Shown piece by piece: positions 34,322 through 42,818 of a stretch of 64,000 nt of DNA. This DNA is from Klebsiella pneumoniae (GTDB lineage Bacteria; Myxococcota_A; UBA796; GCA-2862545): contig CAMASI010000012.1 of NCBI GenBank assembly GCA_945861065.1, positions 8,139-72,138 of the forward strand, written 5' to 3'. A program made the translations under genes and the position numbers. Position 1 is the first letter of the stretch, and every line of letters begins with the position of its first letter. The notes below the pieces were generated by a model. It had not been told where the DNA came from. It did not search any database and saw only the letters and a list, made by a program, of their open reading frames with translations.

Positions 34322-34692
34322 TGTGGTTGCTGATCGCCTGCGCAGGAAACGCCACGACCGACACCGCTTCGAAACCCGCCACGCCAGACTTTGCGACGAT
34401 TGAGGCGGACATCCTCCGTCCCTCTTGCGGGTTCAGCGTCTGCCACGGCACGGGGACGGGCGGATTGACGCTGACGGGTGAAGGCGACCATGTGCGGCTG
34501 ATCGACGTCGAATCCGTGGGCCAGCCCGGTTCCATACTGGTCCTTCCGGGAGACTCCGCCAACAGCTACCTCCTCCACAAGATGGAGGGCGCAGCCGGCA
34601 TCGTAGGCGACCCAATGCCAGCGCCCAACGGGAGCGATTCAGACGTTGTGGCGCAACTAAGGGCCTGGATCGACGCGGGCGCCCTACCGTAG
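34318..34692 (+). CDS. PSCyt1-like (planctomycete cytochrome-c-domain-like) lipoprotein with a CX4CH motif
   Basis: Lipobox LLIAC. ILRPSCGFSVCHG...GGLTL......LPGDSANSYLLHKM.....DPMP......QLRAWIDAGA follows the PSCyt1 pattern, except that CX4CH replaces CXXCH. The ATG overlaps the upstream stop (ATGA at 34318-34321). Confidence 0.55.
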   Translation: MMWLLIACAGNATTDTASKPATPDFATIEADILRPSCGFSVCHGTGTGGLTLTGEGDHVRLIDVESVGQPGSILVLPGDSANSYLLHKMEGAAGIVGDPMPAPNGSDSDVVAQLRAWIDAGALP

Positions 34693-34707
34693 GGTAGGAG
34701 CACCGCT

Positions 34708-35076
34708 CTAGTTCGCGGGATCGGGGTCTAGGACAAACACATAGCCCTCGTCGTCACAGTCAAAGGCCTGCGAACACGACAATAGCAGGTCAGCGCTGTC
34801 TACCGCCCACGACGGACAAGAGCCCTTCAGCCCATCGATGCAGATCTGCGCCTTGTCTTCGGCAAACGAACACGTCGCCAAGTAGTCTGCGATGCCCTCC
34901 CAATAAGAAGTCGTCAGCGACTCGCAGGAGGTCTTGCTGTCGTACACACCGTAAAACTCGGCGGCGTCGCACTTCTCCTGGAAGTCACACATCGCGAGCG
35001 CCGCATCTTCGCCCCACGACTCTGCGCTCACGGCACCGCCGCAGCCAACCAAGACTCCCAACAGAACGCAGCGCAT
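34708..35076 (-). CDS. Cysteine-rich lipoprotein
   Basis: MRCVLLGVLVGCGG lipobox. There are 10 further Cys in about 110 aa. Confidence 0.5.
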   Translation of the reverse strand: MRCVLLGVLVGCGGAVSAESWGEDAALAMCDFQEKCDAAEFYGVYDSKTSCESLTTSYWEGIADYLATCSFAEDKAQICIDGLKGSCPSWAVDSADLLLSCSQAFDCDDEGYVFVLDPDPAN

Positions 35077-35108
35077 CAGGTCACTCCAGGCGCGCTGCGC
35101 TAACCCTG

Positions 35109-35498
35109 TCACGAGGTGCGGGGCTTCGCCTCGGTGATCACGAAGAAACGCACACCATCGACTTCGAGCAACTTGCCACGGAAGTCAAGACCGGCCTTCG
35201 TGTCCGTCACGGCGTCCAGGATTCCATTCGCAACGACCGCGACGCCATCCGCGACCATGAACGGTACCGCGACTTCGGCGATCACTTTCTTCTTCGCAGG
35301 TGCAAGAACACCGCTGTACGCAAAGTCCGCGCCATCGAGCAGCACGCGCTGGGCCATCGAGCCCGTCGCATAACTACAGGCAGAACCGACCAACTCCGCC
35401 TTGGACGCGCAGTTCGCAGCGGCATCAGCGGCAGCCGCACCGGGACACGCAAATGCAGGAGCAGCCAAACCTAGGGTCGCAAACAACAGTAGACGCAT
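35109..35498 (-). CDS. Secreted hypothetical protein
   Basis: Signal peptide MRLLLFATLGLAAPAFA. Confidence 0.5.
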   Translation of the reverse strand: MRLLLFATLGLAAPAFACPGAAAADAAANCASKAELVGSACSYATGSMAQRVLLDGADFAYSGVLAPAKKKVIAEVAVPFMVADGVAVVANGILDAVTDTKAGLDFRGKLLEVDGVRFFVITEAKPRTS

Positions 35499-35546
35499 GA
35501 GTACCTCCGAGCAATTCTGCCATAATCGATGCGCCCTCAGTCCGCC

Positions 35547-36065
35547 TCACGGCATCGATGGCGCTGCGGAACTGGCAACGGCTGGCCGCAACACCCAGGT
35601 CTCTCCGTTCGGAGCAATGAGCCGAGCCGTCAGCACGCCAGAGACGTTGGGTCGGGGCCCGTCCAACACCCAGTTCCCACCACGCACTTCGATCGTCGAC
35701 CCGGGTGCGTCACGCACAACGGCCGCGGGCAACGCGCCTGGGTCCTGTCGGCTCCGTTCATCCAGCCAAGCGGCGTCGCCATCCACCCGCAAATACGGAA
35801 TGGTCACGACCGTATCGCTGAGCCAGCGTAACGATACCCGCAGACCCACTTCTGACAGCGCGCGACCCACACTTCCAGTGTCGCACAACCGCGTGCGCGT
35901 CAAGTCCAGGGTGTCGGCGGAAAACCGGGCAGCAAGCCGATCCGTTTCACAATCTTCAGCCACCGTGGTCGTTGGCTCCGCGCCCCGCGTGATTCGATGG
36001 GTCACGATCCACAAGCCCTCAAGAGGCGCCGTCCAACCGACGCTGATCAACCAGGGCCACATCAT
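35547..36065 (-). CDS. Hypothetical protein
   Basis: ORF with coding-like composition. Its start overlaps the upstream stop. Confidence 0.4.
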   Translation of the reverse strand: MMWPWLISVGWTAPLEGLWIVTHRITRGAEPTTTVAEDCETDRLAARFSADTLDLTRTRLCDTGSVGRALSEVGLRVSLRWLSDTVVTIPYLRVDGDAAWLDERSRQDPGALPAAVVRDAPGSTIEVRGGNWVLDGPRPNVSGVLTARLIAPNGETWVLRPAVASSAAPSMP

Positions 36066-36661
36066 GGCGTACCCTCCTCCATCAAGGACCGGCGCCAAGC
36101 GTCTAAATCAGGGCGCGTTGGTGCGGGCGTGAGCACCAACACGGCGTCAGTCTTCCGATCGCGCAGCAGCAACTCGTCGCCTCGTTCCCCTTGAATGAAG
36201 TCGGCAGCGCCCACCTCCACGGTGCACTTTGTGTCTGGCGGTGCCAGCTCATCGAGCTCGCTCGGCCGCACCTCCAAGGGCATCAGCCGGCCCCACCCCT
36301 GGCCACCGGTCGGTATCGTCACCACACCGTCGTTCCAAGAAACGGCCATTTGGAGGTGCGCGCCACAGGTCCACCACCCGCCCGCACCTTCACAGAGTGC
36401 TTCGTGCGAGACGGTCAGCCGCTCCCCTTCGAAGGTTAGGGTCGTCCGGCTCCTTGGGCAGCCGGGCATGGGCGTTGAAAACGCCTCCGGAGACGTCTGT
36501 TCACCGTGAACTTCCACGCCGACCAGCGCCCAGGTCCCCTCCAACCCGCGCCTCGGAGCCAGCAGACCGCAGGCCACCAGGAACGTCGGGAGGATCAGGT
36601 GCTCCCGCGACCGACGAAGGGTCGTTGCGGTTCTCCCGTATAGATCTGGCGCGGGCGGCAA
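36062..36661 (-). CDS. Hypothetical lipoprotein, start uncertain
   Basis: The lipobox-like FLVAC lies about 25 aa into the ORF. The annotated ATG overlaps the gltA 3' end by 67 nt, so the true start is unclear. Confidence 0.4.
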   Translation of the reverse strand: MPPAPDLYGRTATTLRRSREHLILPTFLVACGLLAPRRGLEGTWALVGVEVHGEQTSPEAFSTPMPGCPRSRTTLTFEGERLTVSHEALCEGAGGWWTCGAHLQMAVSWNDGVVTIPTGGQGWGRLMPLEVRPSELDELAPPDTKCTVEVGAADFIQGERGDELLLRDRKTDAVLVLTPAPTRPDLDAWRRSLMEEGTP

Positions 36662-37863
36662 ATGCGGTAGCCGTCCGGGTCCTCGCGCATCTCCTTCCAG
36701 TGTGCAATCCAGCCAGGAATTCGCCCGAGCACGAACATGACGGTGAACATGTTGGTCGGGATTCCCATCGCACGGTAGATGATGCCGCTGTAGAAGTCCA
36801 CGTTCGGATACAGCTTCCTCTCAATGAAGTAGTCTTGCTGAAGCGCCGCAGCTTCCACTTCTTTGGCGAGATCCAGCAACGGATCCTCGACGCCAAGAGA
36901 GGCAAAAATGTTGTCCGCGGCGTCTTTCAGGAGCTTCGCCCGCGGGTCGAAGTTCTTGTACACGCGATGGCCAAAACCCATCAGCCGGACGCCCGCTTTC
37001 TTGTTCTTCACGTCGTCAATGAACTGCTTGCAGTTCCCGCCGCTCGCCTGGATGCCTTCCAGCATCTCGATCACTTCCTGGTTGGCTCCCCCGTGACGAG
37101 GGCCCCACAATGCACACGTCGCACCGGCAACCGAGGCAAACAGGTTGGCCTCCGACGAGCCGACCATGCGCATCGTAGACGTTGAGCAGTTCTGCTCGTG
37201 GTCTGCGTGCAAGATGAGAAGAAGATTCAGCGCGTCTTCGATGACCTTGGGGACCTCGTATTCCTCGCTCGGAACCGCGAACATCATGCGGAAGAAGTTG
37301 GCGGGCCAGGACAGGTGATTCATCGGGTAGATGAAGGGCTGTCCAATCGACTTCTTGTACGCGAAGGCAGCAATCGTCTTGGCTTTCGCCAACAAGCGGA
37401 TGATGTTCAGGTCCTGATCGGCTTCGTCGGGGTAAAAACCCGACATGGAGGCCATCATGCTCGCCATGATGGACATCGGATGGGCCGAGCGGGGATAGCC
37501 CTCGTAGAACTTCTTCATGTCCTCGTGCAGCAACGTGTGCCGCGTGAGGTCCCTGGAGAAGGCTTGGATTTCGGTCAACGTCGGCCAGTGGCCGTAGATG
37601 AGCAGGTAAGCGACCTCGACGAACTTGGCCTTGCCGGCGATCTCTTCGATCGGGTAGCCGCGGTAACGGAGAATCCCCAGATCCCCGTCAATGAACGTGA
37701 CGCCGCTCGTGCAGGCGCCGGTGTTTCCGTAGCCCGGATCGAGGGTAATCAAACCCGTCCGATCCCGAAGCTTCCGAATGTCAATCGCACGTTCGTGTTC
37801 CGTGCCCTCAACAACCGGGAAGTCGTACTCCTTCCCCTCAAATATCAGCCTAGCCGTAGTCAC
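36595..37863 (-). CDS. gltA: Citrate synthase (type II)
   Basis: LDPGYGNTGACTSGVTFIDGDLGILRYRGYPIEE, LILHADHEQNCSTST and MGFGHRVYKNFDPRA. Confidence 0.95.
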   Translation of the reverse strand: MTTARLIFEGKEYDFPVVEGTEHERAIDIRKLRDRTGLITLDPGYGNTGACTSGVTFIDGDLGILRYRGYPIEEIAGKAKFVEVAYLLIYGHWPTLTEIQAFSRDLTRHTLLHEDMKKFYEGYPRSAHPMSIMASMMASMSGFYPDEADQDLNIIRLLAKAKTIAAFAYKKSIGQPFIYPMNHLSWPANFFRMMFAVPSEEYEVPKVIEDALNLLLILHADHEQNCSTSTMRMVGSSEANLFASVAGATCALWGPRHGGANQEVIEMLEGIQASGGNCKQFIDDVKNKKAGVRLMGFGHRVYKNFDPRAKLLKDAADNIFASLGVEDPLLDLAKEVEAAALQQDYFIERKLYPNVDFYSGIIYRAMGIPTNMFTVMFVLGRIPGWIAHWKEMREDPDGYRICRPRQIYTGEPQRPFVGRGST

Positions 37864-37899
37864 GCGTCAGCCCCGCGGTGGTTCTGCGCGTAACCCACG

Positions 37900-39096
37900 T
37901 CACAGCGGTAGGTACCACACAGTGACGGTCTCTCCGGCATCGGGTACCGCGGTGCCATGAAGCAGCACCTGATGATCCGCTTCCTCCCAAGTCCAACCGT
38001 CTCCCCATTGCTGAACACCGAACAAATCCCGACCCATTTTTTCAGCAGGCGGAATGCTACGGGATTCCACGGCCACCAACAACGTCTCCGGATCCGGGTC
38101 TCCCAACAAAGGAACAGCACCACGACCTCCACCCACCAACGTCCCGATCTTGCGTAGGGCCTTTTCGAGGTCGGCGGGCAGGCAATTGTCCGCAAGAATC
38201 GATGATTTCACGCCGCCGCTGGCGTCGACCAGCACGTCGTACCGTTCGACACCCCAACTTGCGGTGATCCCACCGCAAATCACTTCACCGGCGTCATTGA
38301 TCATCGGGCCGACCACAGCCCAAGCGACGGGGATGTCGAAGGCTCGAAAAAGCTCTTGATACTTACGGGGGACGGCGACGACCTCACCTTCGCGCCGCGA
38401 GTTGTCTCCTTCGTCGCTGACAATGACCGGTATGAACGTGGCGCCTGGGCGCAACAGGCCGACATTCGTGCCGACGTCCGCGTCACCGAACAGTTCGGGA
38501 AGTTCGAAGCACTCGACCGGTGGTTCTTCAACGGCCCGGCACAGCGCGAGAAAGACGGCCTCCAGCCCTTCCTCCCGTCCTGCGCCACAGTTGCCCAGCC
38601 ATGCGCCAACGCCGCAGGCACAATCGAGCCCTTCTTGGGTCACGTCCCCGCAAGCCGACTCCGGGTCGGACGGCAAAGAATCCCGCGTCGGAAAACACGC
38701 TGTTTCGCACAAAAGGTTTTCCAAAAAACGGGCCGCGATGTCGGGCTCATCTCGTACCAGTACTGGTGAGGGTCCAAGAAGCGCTCCCCGATCCGTTGTC
38801 GCGTCTGTCGACGTGATGGCCAGCTGAAACGATGCAAACCGGGCCGGGTCGGAAACCTTGTCCACATAGGAGCCGACAGCGTCGGCGAGCCCGTCCGTCC
38901 CATAGCGAGCATCATCGCCTTCCAGGTCACGGACGAAGCCTCGGAAATGCACCCCCAACGACGTGGCTTCCTCCACCATGGATTTCGAGTTGTCCACGAC
39001 AAAGAGAACATCCGCCTCATCGGACACAGTTCCCTGAAGGTGTCCCTCCACCTGCATGAAATCGTATCGGTTGCACGCAGCCCACACCCAGATCAC
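37900..39096 (-). CDS. VWA-like domain lipoprotein
   Basis: Lipobox VWAAC. ADVLFVVDNSKSM has a DxSxS MIDAS-type motif. Confidence 0.55.
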   Translation of the reverse strand: MIWVWAACNRYDFMQVEGHLQGTVSDEADVLFVVDNSKSMVEEATSLGVHFRGFVRDLEGDDARYGTDGLADAVGSYVDKVSDPARFASFQLAITSTDATTDRGALLGPSPVLVRDEPDIAARFLENLLCETACFPTRDSLPSDPESACGDVTQEGLDCACGVGAWLGNCGAGREEGLEAVFLALCRAVEEPPVECFELPELFGDADVGTNVGLLRPGATFIPVIVSDEGDNSRREGEVVAVPRKYQELFRAFDIPVAWAVVGPMINDAGEVICGGITASWGVERYDVLVDASGGVKSSILADNCLPADLEKALRKIGTLVGGGRGAVPLLGDPDPETLLVAVESRSIPPAEKMGRDLFGVQQWGDGWTWEEADHQVLLHGTAVPDAGETVTVWYLPL

Positions 39097-40268
39097 AACG
39101 GCTCCGCACAGATCGAGCCATCGCCCAGGGCGAAGGACGGGTTGACACCAACGTCGAGGTCATCGCAATCGCCGAGACCTAGCAGGTAGCCGTCCTGGTC
39201 GAGATCTCCGTGGGGCGTCGGAACCACTGCGCCCAGGTCGATACACTGTCCGCCGCACCCACCGAGAGCCGCCTCACCGGCGTCGATGATGGCATGGTAC
39301 ATCAGTTCCCCGTGCGGACTCGCGCCCAGCACATGGAGCACCACCGGCGCAGGTCCAGCCAGGTCAACGCAGAACTTCCCAGACGAGTCGGACCAGCCGC
39401 GATGCGGCGCAAACCCGAACGGGACCACAGCCTCCACCTCCGCCCCCTCTAAGGGCCGCCCGCGCACATCCCTCAGTTGACCGCGGACGCAGGCCGTCGG
39501 CGCAACGGCCTGACCCACGGCGAACCACCCGAAGGACTGGATGGTGCGAGTACCGTCGACGAGGGGGCCGAGCTCCCGCCAAAACCCGTTCGACGAATCA
39601 AAACTGTAGAGCAAGGCGTCCACGGGGAGTTCGCCTAGGAAGGTCAGGGTTCCCCCATCGGCCAACGTGAGCAACTCGTCGTCCACGCTAGGCGCGCCCA
39701 GGAACACCGCCGCGGTCAATTTGACGGGTCCGATTGTGACGTCATCCACCAAGGACTCGGAATCCCCCGGCATTGTGCGCTGCCCGTCGATCACCCACGC
39801 CCACCGCAGGTCGGCAACACCCGCAGCGGGCGACCCATCGCGAAACAACATGCCGCCGTTCCACGAAAATTCCACATGGTCCGGATCGGTCCACGTGCCA
39901 CCCGTTGACACGTCCACCTGGCTCGTGGCCGTCGGCAGCAACGTCACAAGTCCGACGCCTGAGCTGCCCTGCGCGGATTGAATCGTCGTCTTGGAATCCG
40001 CGAATCCGTCGGCCGAGCCCAGAATCACCAAACGACCGGGCGGCATGTCGTCGTACCGGAGGAACCCAGCGAGATCGGGCTCTGCGTGAGCGGCAGAGCC
40101 TACGTAGAATGTTCCGTTGGACACAACGACGTCGTCCGCGGTTCGAACAACCGCACGGATATTGGCCACACCGGGCTCCGGTGAGGCTCCCGGGCCACAA
40201 GCGAAAAACAACAGCAGCACGCGACAAAACCCGTAACGCTCGTCAAGTACCGAGAGGCGACCCTGCAT
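39093..40268 (-). CDS. Hypothetical lipoprotein with one C-terminal metal-binding-type motif
   Basis: The start was moved to MQGRLSV...LLLFFACG (40268), because the longer ORF would run antisense through the divergent gene at 40333. The C-terminus reads DLDQDGYLLGLGDCDDLDVGVNP. A 4-nt overlap links it to the downstream gene. Confidence 0.5.
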   Translation of the reverse strand: MQGRLSVLDERYGFCRVLLLFFACGPGASPEPGVANIRAVVRTADDVVVSNGTFYVGSAAHAEPDLAGFLRYDDMPPGRLVILGSADGFADSKTTIQSAQGSSGVGLVTLLPTATSQVDVSTGGTWTDPDHVEFSWNGGMLFRDGSPAAGVADLRWAWVIDGQRTMPGDSESLVDDVTIGPVKLTAAVFLGAPSVDDELLTLADGGTLTFLGELPVDALLYSFDSSNGFWRELGPLVDGTRTIQSFGWFAVGQAVAPTACVRGQLRDVRGRPLEGAEVEAVVPFGFAPHRGWSDSSGKFCVDLAGPAPVVLHVLGASPHGELMYHAIIDAGEAALGGCGGQCIDLGAVVPTPHGDLDQDGYLLGLGDCDDLDVGVNPSFALGDGSICAEPL

Positions 40269-40332
40269 GCAATCAAATGAGGACGCACTGCACCGCATCG
40301 TGCGAGATAACTGTCCGTAAGAGCCAAGAATC

Positions 40333-41043
40333 ATGATCTGGGTGCAACTTTGGTTCGGCTGTTCCGCACAACCCGTGGAGACCGACGTCCTCGTCACCGT
40401 GAGCACGGACGGCGAGCAGCCTGACGAAGACACGAGCACCGACGACGAAATCCCGCCGCACGACTCAGGGACGACAGACGACAGCGACGATTCAGTCGAC
40501 GATTCCACCCTCGATTCGGCAACGCCCACGCCCGAGGACAGCAACGGCGACTCCGCGTCCGTGACGGACACCGCGACGGACACCGCAACCGTCACATCGC
40601 CCACCCTGACAAATGCAGACCCCATCGTCGTGTATGCGGTTCGACACGCTGAAAAGTGGGACACGGGCGCCGACCCAGGGTTGACGCCTGAGGGGCTCGA
40701 ACGGGCCGAAGCGTTGGGCGTCATGCTGGTTGGCGTGCCCCTGGCGGCCGTCTACGCGACGGACCTTCAGCGGACCCAACTCACGGTGAAGCCCGCTGCG
40801 GACAGCCATGGCTTAGCAATCCAGACCGAACTCGACGCCGAGGCGGAGTTGGCCAACCACATCCTCGAAACGCACTCGGAACAGCGCGTATTGCATGCAG
40901 GTCACTCCTATACCCTTGGCACGTTCTTCGAAACGCTAGGCGTCGAGGAGGTGCCTGCCATCGTCGACTACGGGCAGTTGTGGACCGTGACCATCCATCC
41001 GGACGGCGCGGTAGACATCGTCGAGTCCGCTTACGGGGACTGA
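40333..41043 (+). CDS. Histidine phosphatase (phosphoglycerate-mutase/SixA-like) lipoprotein with an acidic S/T/D linker
   Basis: Lipobox LWFGC. VVYAVRHAEK carries the RHxE catalytic motif, with LTPEGLERAEALG and HAGHSYTL. Confidence 0.7.
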   Translation: MIWVQLWFGCSAQPVETDVLVTVSTDGEQPDEDTSTDDEIPPHDSGTTDDSDDSVDDSTLDSATPTPEDSNGDSASVTDTATDTATVTSPTLTNADPIVVYAVRHAEKWDTGADPGLTPEGLERAEALGVMLVGVPLAAVYATDLQRTQLTVKPAADSHGLAIQTELDAEAELANHILETHSEQRVLHAGHSYTLGTFFETLGVEEVPAIVDYGQLWTVTIHPDGAVDIVESAYGD

Positions 41044-42788
41044 GCAGTTGCGGCCTCGGTTCCGGGTACCGGGCAAGCTGCGATGTCGCCCAACGAACAG
41101 GCCTTGGCCACCAACACGGCAACACGTTCGGGGTCCCGTTCCCCACCGACGCGATTGTCGATCATCCAAGCAAGGCTGCTACAGGCCACGCCAAGGCCAC
41201 GGGCGCAGGCGCGATCGTACAGTGACACCGCGCGCACGTCGTCCCGAATCATCCCAGTTCCGTTGCGAGCCAACCGCGCGAGATTCGTGCACGCCGCCGG
41301 ATCGTCGTCCACGTCACAGGCGCGGGTGAACAGGGCGACGGCGCGGGTCAAGTTCGGGGTCGTGCCACGGCCCGTCTCCATCATCATGGCCAGGTTGTTG
41401 CAACCGGCCGACAACCCAACCGCGCAGGAGCGCTCATGCAGGCTGAGTGCGCGCACGTGGTCTACGAGCCCGCCCGCACCGCGACTCAGTTGCCGTCCAA
41501 GATTTGTGCATGCTGTCGGGTCCCCGATTTCGCAGCCAGTCCCGTAAAGTGCATTCGCCCTTCCATCGTCTTGCACCACGCCGGCGCCGTCTCGGTACAG
41601 GTTCGCAACGTCGTTACACGATGCCCCAATGCCCCCGGTACAGCCCCGCGTGAGGTATTGCTCCGCAGCGACCGCGTACCGCGCAACACCTCGACCCTCG
41701 ACATACAAGCGGCCCAGTTCGTGGCAACTCTGGGCGTCTCCGCCGTCACAGGCGCGCGCGTACAATGCCGCCGCCTGCGCATCGAGGGTGTCTACACCTG
41801 CCCCAAAATCATAGGTGTCGCCGTAGCGCCGACACGACCCGGCGTGACCGAGCTCGCACGAGCCTCGCAAGACGCCGAGGGCGGCTTCATCGTCTTCGCC
41901 AACCCCGAATCCGCGCTCCAACAGCACACCGTAGGCCGCACACCCCGACAGCCGTCGACTGTCACAGGCGGATTTGAATCTAACGGATGCGCCTTGCGGA
42001 ACGCCCGAAGGAAGCCGCCCAGCAGCCCGTTCATCACCGAGACGAAGGCAGGCGTCTACGTGGCCTGCGACACAACTCCCCTCCAACCGGCGCGCCGCCT
42101 CAACAGGGTCCGCCTCACCGCCGATGCCACGAATCAGCACGCCGGCCAGGTCGACACACGCAAGGTGGTCACCCCCGTCGCACCCGAGGCCGAGCAACCG
42201 TCTGGCCTCCAGCGGATTGGTCGGAGAGACCACGCCTTCCAAAGCCAACCGGCCGAATTCGCGACAACCGAGGCTAGACCCTTGGGTGCACGCCATGGAG
42301 AAGGCCGTGAAAGCCGACGCCGGGTCCCGGGCCGTCCCTACCCCTCGCCGTGCCAACCAGCCCAGTTCCGCACAGGCCCGGACGACACCGCCCTGACACG
42401 CCTTTTCAAAGGCCAACGCGCCGCGACGGGGGTCGAGCGCGTCCCCAGAGGGGAGACCCGGGGCTGCGCGGGTGGCCGCCCAACCGACGACCATGCAGCC
42501 CACCAGGTCGTTGTCGTCGCAGGTGGGCCCGAATCTCGCCAACAAGGCGGCGCGATCCGGACTCTCGGGTCGCCGCATCGTGAACGGTTCGCACGAACCC
42601 TGCACACCGAGTGAGCATGCAGTCGCATGGGCGGCGACGACATCGGCGTCTAAAGGTACGACGTAGGTCTCCTCAAGGTCAAGGCTCCACGCATCGAGCC
42701 CTGCCACAAGCCGTTCAGGCCCCGGCCCGCACCCCATCCACGACAGCACGAACCACATGGCGTGGTGTATCCTCATCGCTCCGAGCAA
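41031..42788 (-). CDS. Sel1-like (SLR, Hcp-type cysteine-rich) repeat protein
   Basis: More than 10 repeats of the pattern A..L..kAC..G...aC..LG.LY..G.GV..D...A. Confidence 0.8.
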   Translation of the reverse strand: MLGAMRIHHAMWFVLSWMGCGPGPERLVAGLDAWSLDLEETYVVPLDADVVAAHATACSLGVQGSCEPFTMRRPESPDRAALLARFGPTCDDNDLVGCMVVGWAATRAAPGLPSGDALDPRRGALAFEKACQGGVVRACAELGWLARRGVGTARDPASAFTAFSMACTQGSSLGCREFGRLALEGVVSPTNPLEARRLLGLGCDGGDHLACVDLAGVLIRGIGGEADPVEAARRLEGSCVAGHVDACLRLGDERAAGRLPSGVPQGASVRFKSACDSRRLSGCAAYGVLLERGFGVGEDDEAALGVLRGSCELGHAGSCRRYGDTYDFGAGVDTLDAQAAALYARACDGGDAQSCHELGRLYVEGRGVARYAVAAEQYLTRGCTGGIGASCNDVANLYRDGAGVVQDDGRANALYGTGCEIGDPTACTNLGRQLSRGAGGLVDHVRALSLHERSCAVGLSAGCNNLAMMMETGRGTTPNLTRAVALFTRACDVDDDPAACTNLARLARNGTGMIRDDVRAVSLYDRACARGLGVACSSLAWMIDNRVGGERDPERVAVLVAKACSLGDIAACPVPGTEAATAQSP

Positions 42789-42818
42789 CGCGTTCGCGAG
42801 AAGAACCTAGCCGTTGCG

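Noticed and set aside
36595-36661. A genuine 67-nt overlap between the gltA 3' end and the downstream lipoprotein ORF
   Set aside because: It is more likely that the downstream gene uses a later, non-ATG start that I cannot identify with confidence. The overlap is probably an ORF-calling artefact.
39093-40724. The full 543-aa ORF as one gene
   Set aside because: Its first 150 or so codons are S/V/T-rich and run antisense through the well-supported histidine phosphatase gene (40333-41043). A start at 40268 gives a proper lipoprotein signal and a normal divergent arrangement.
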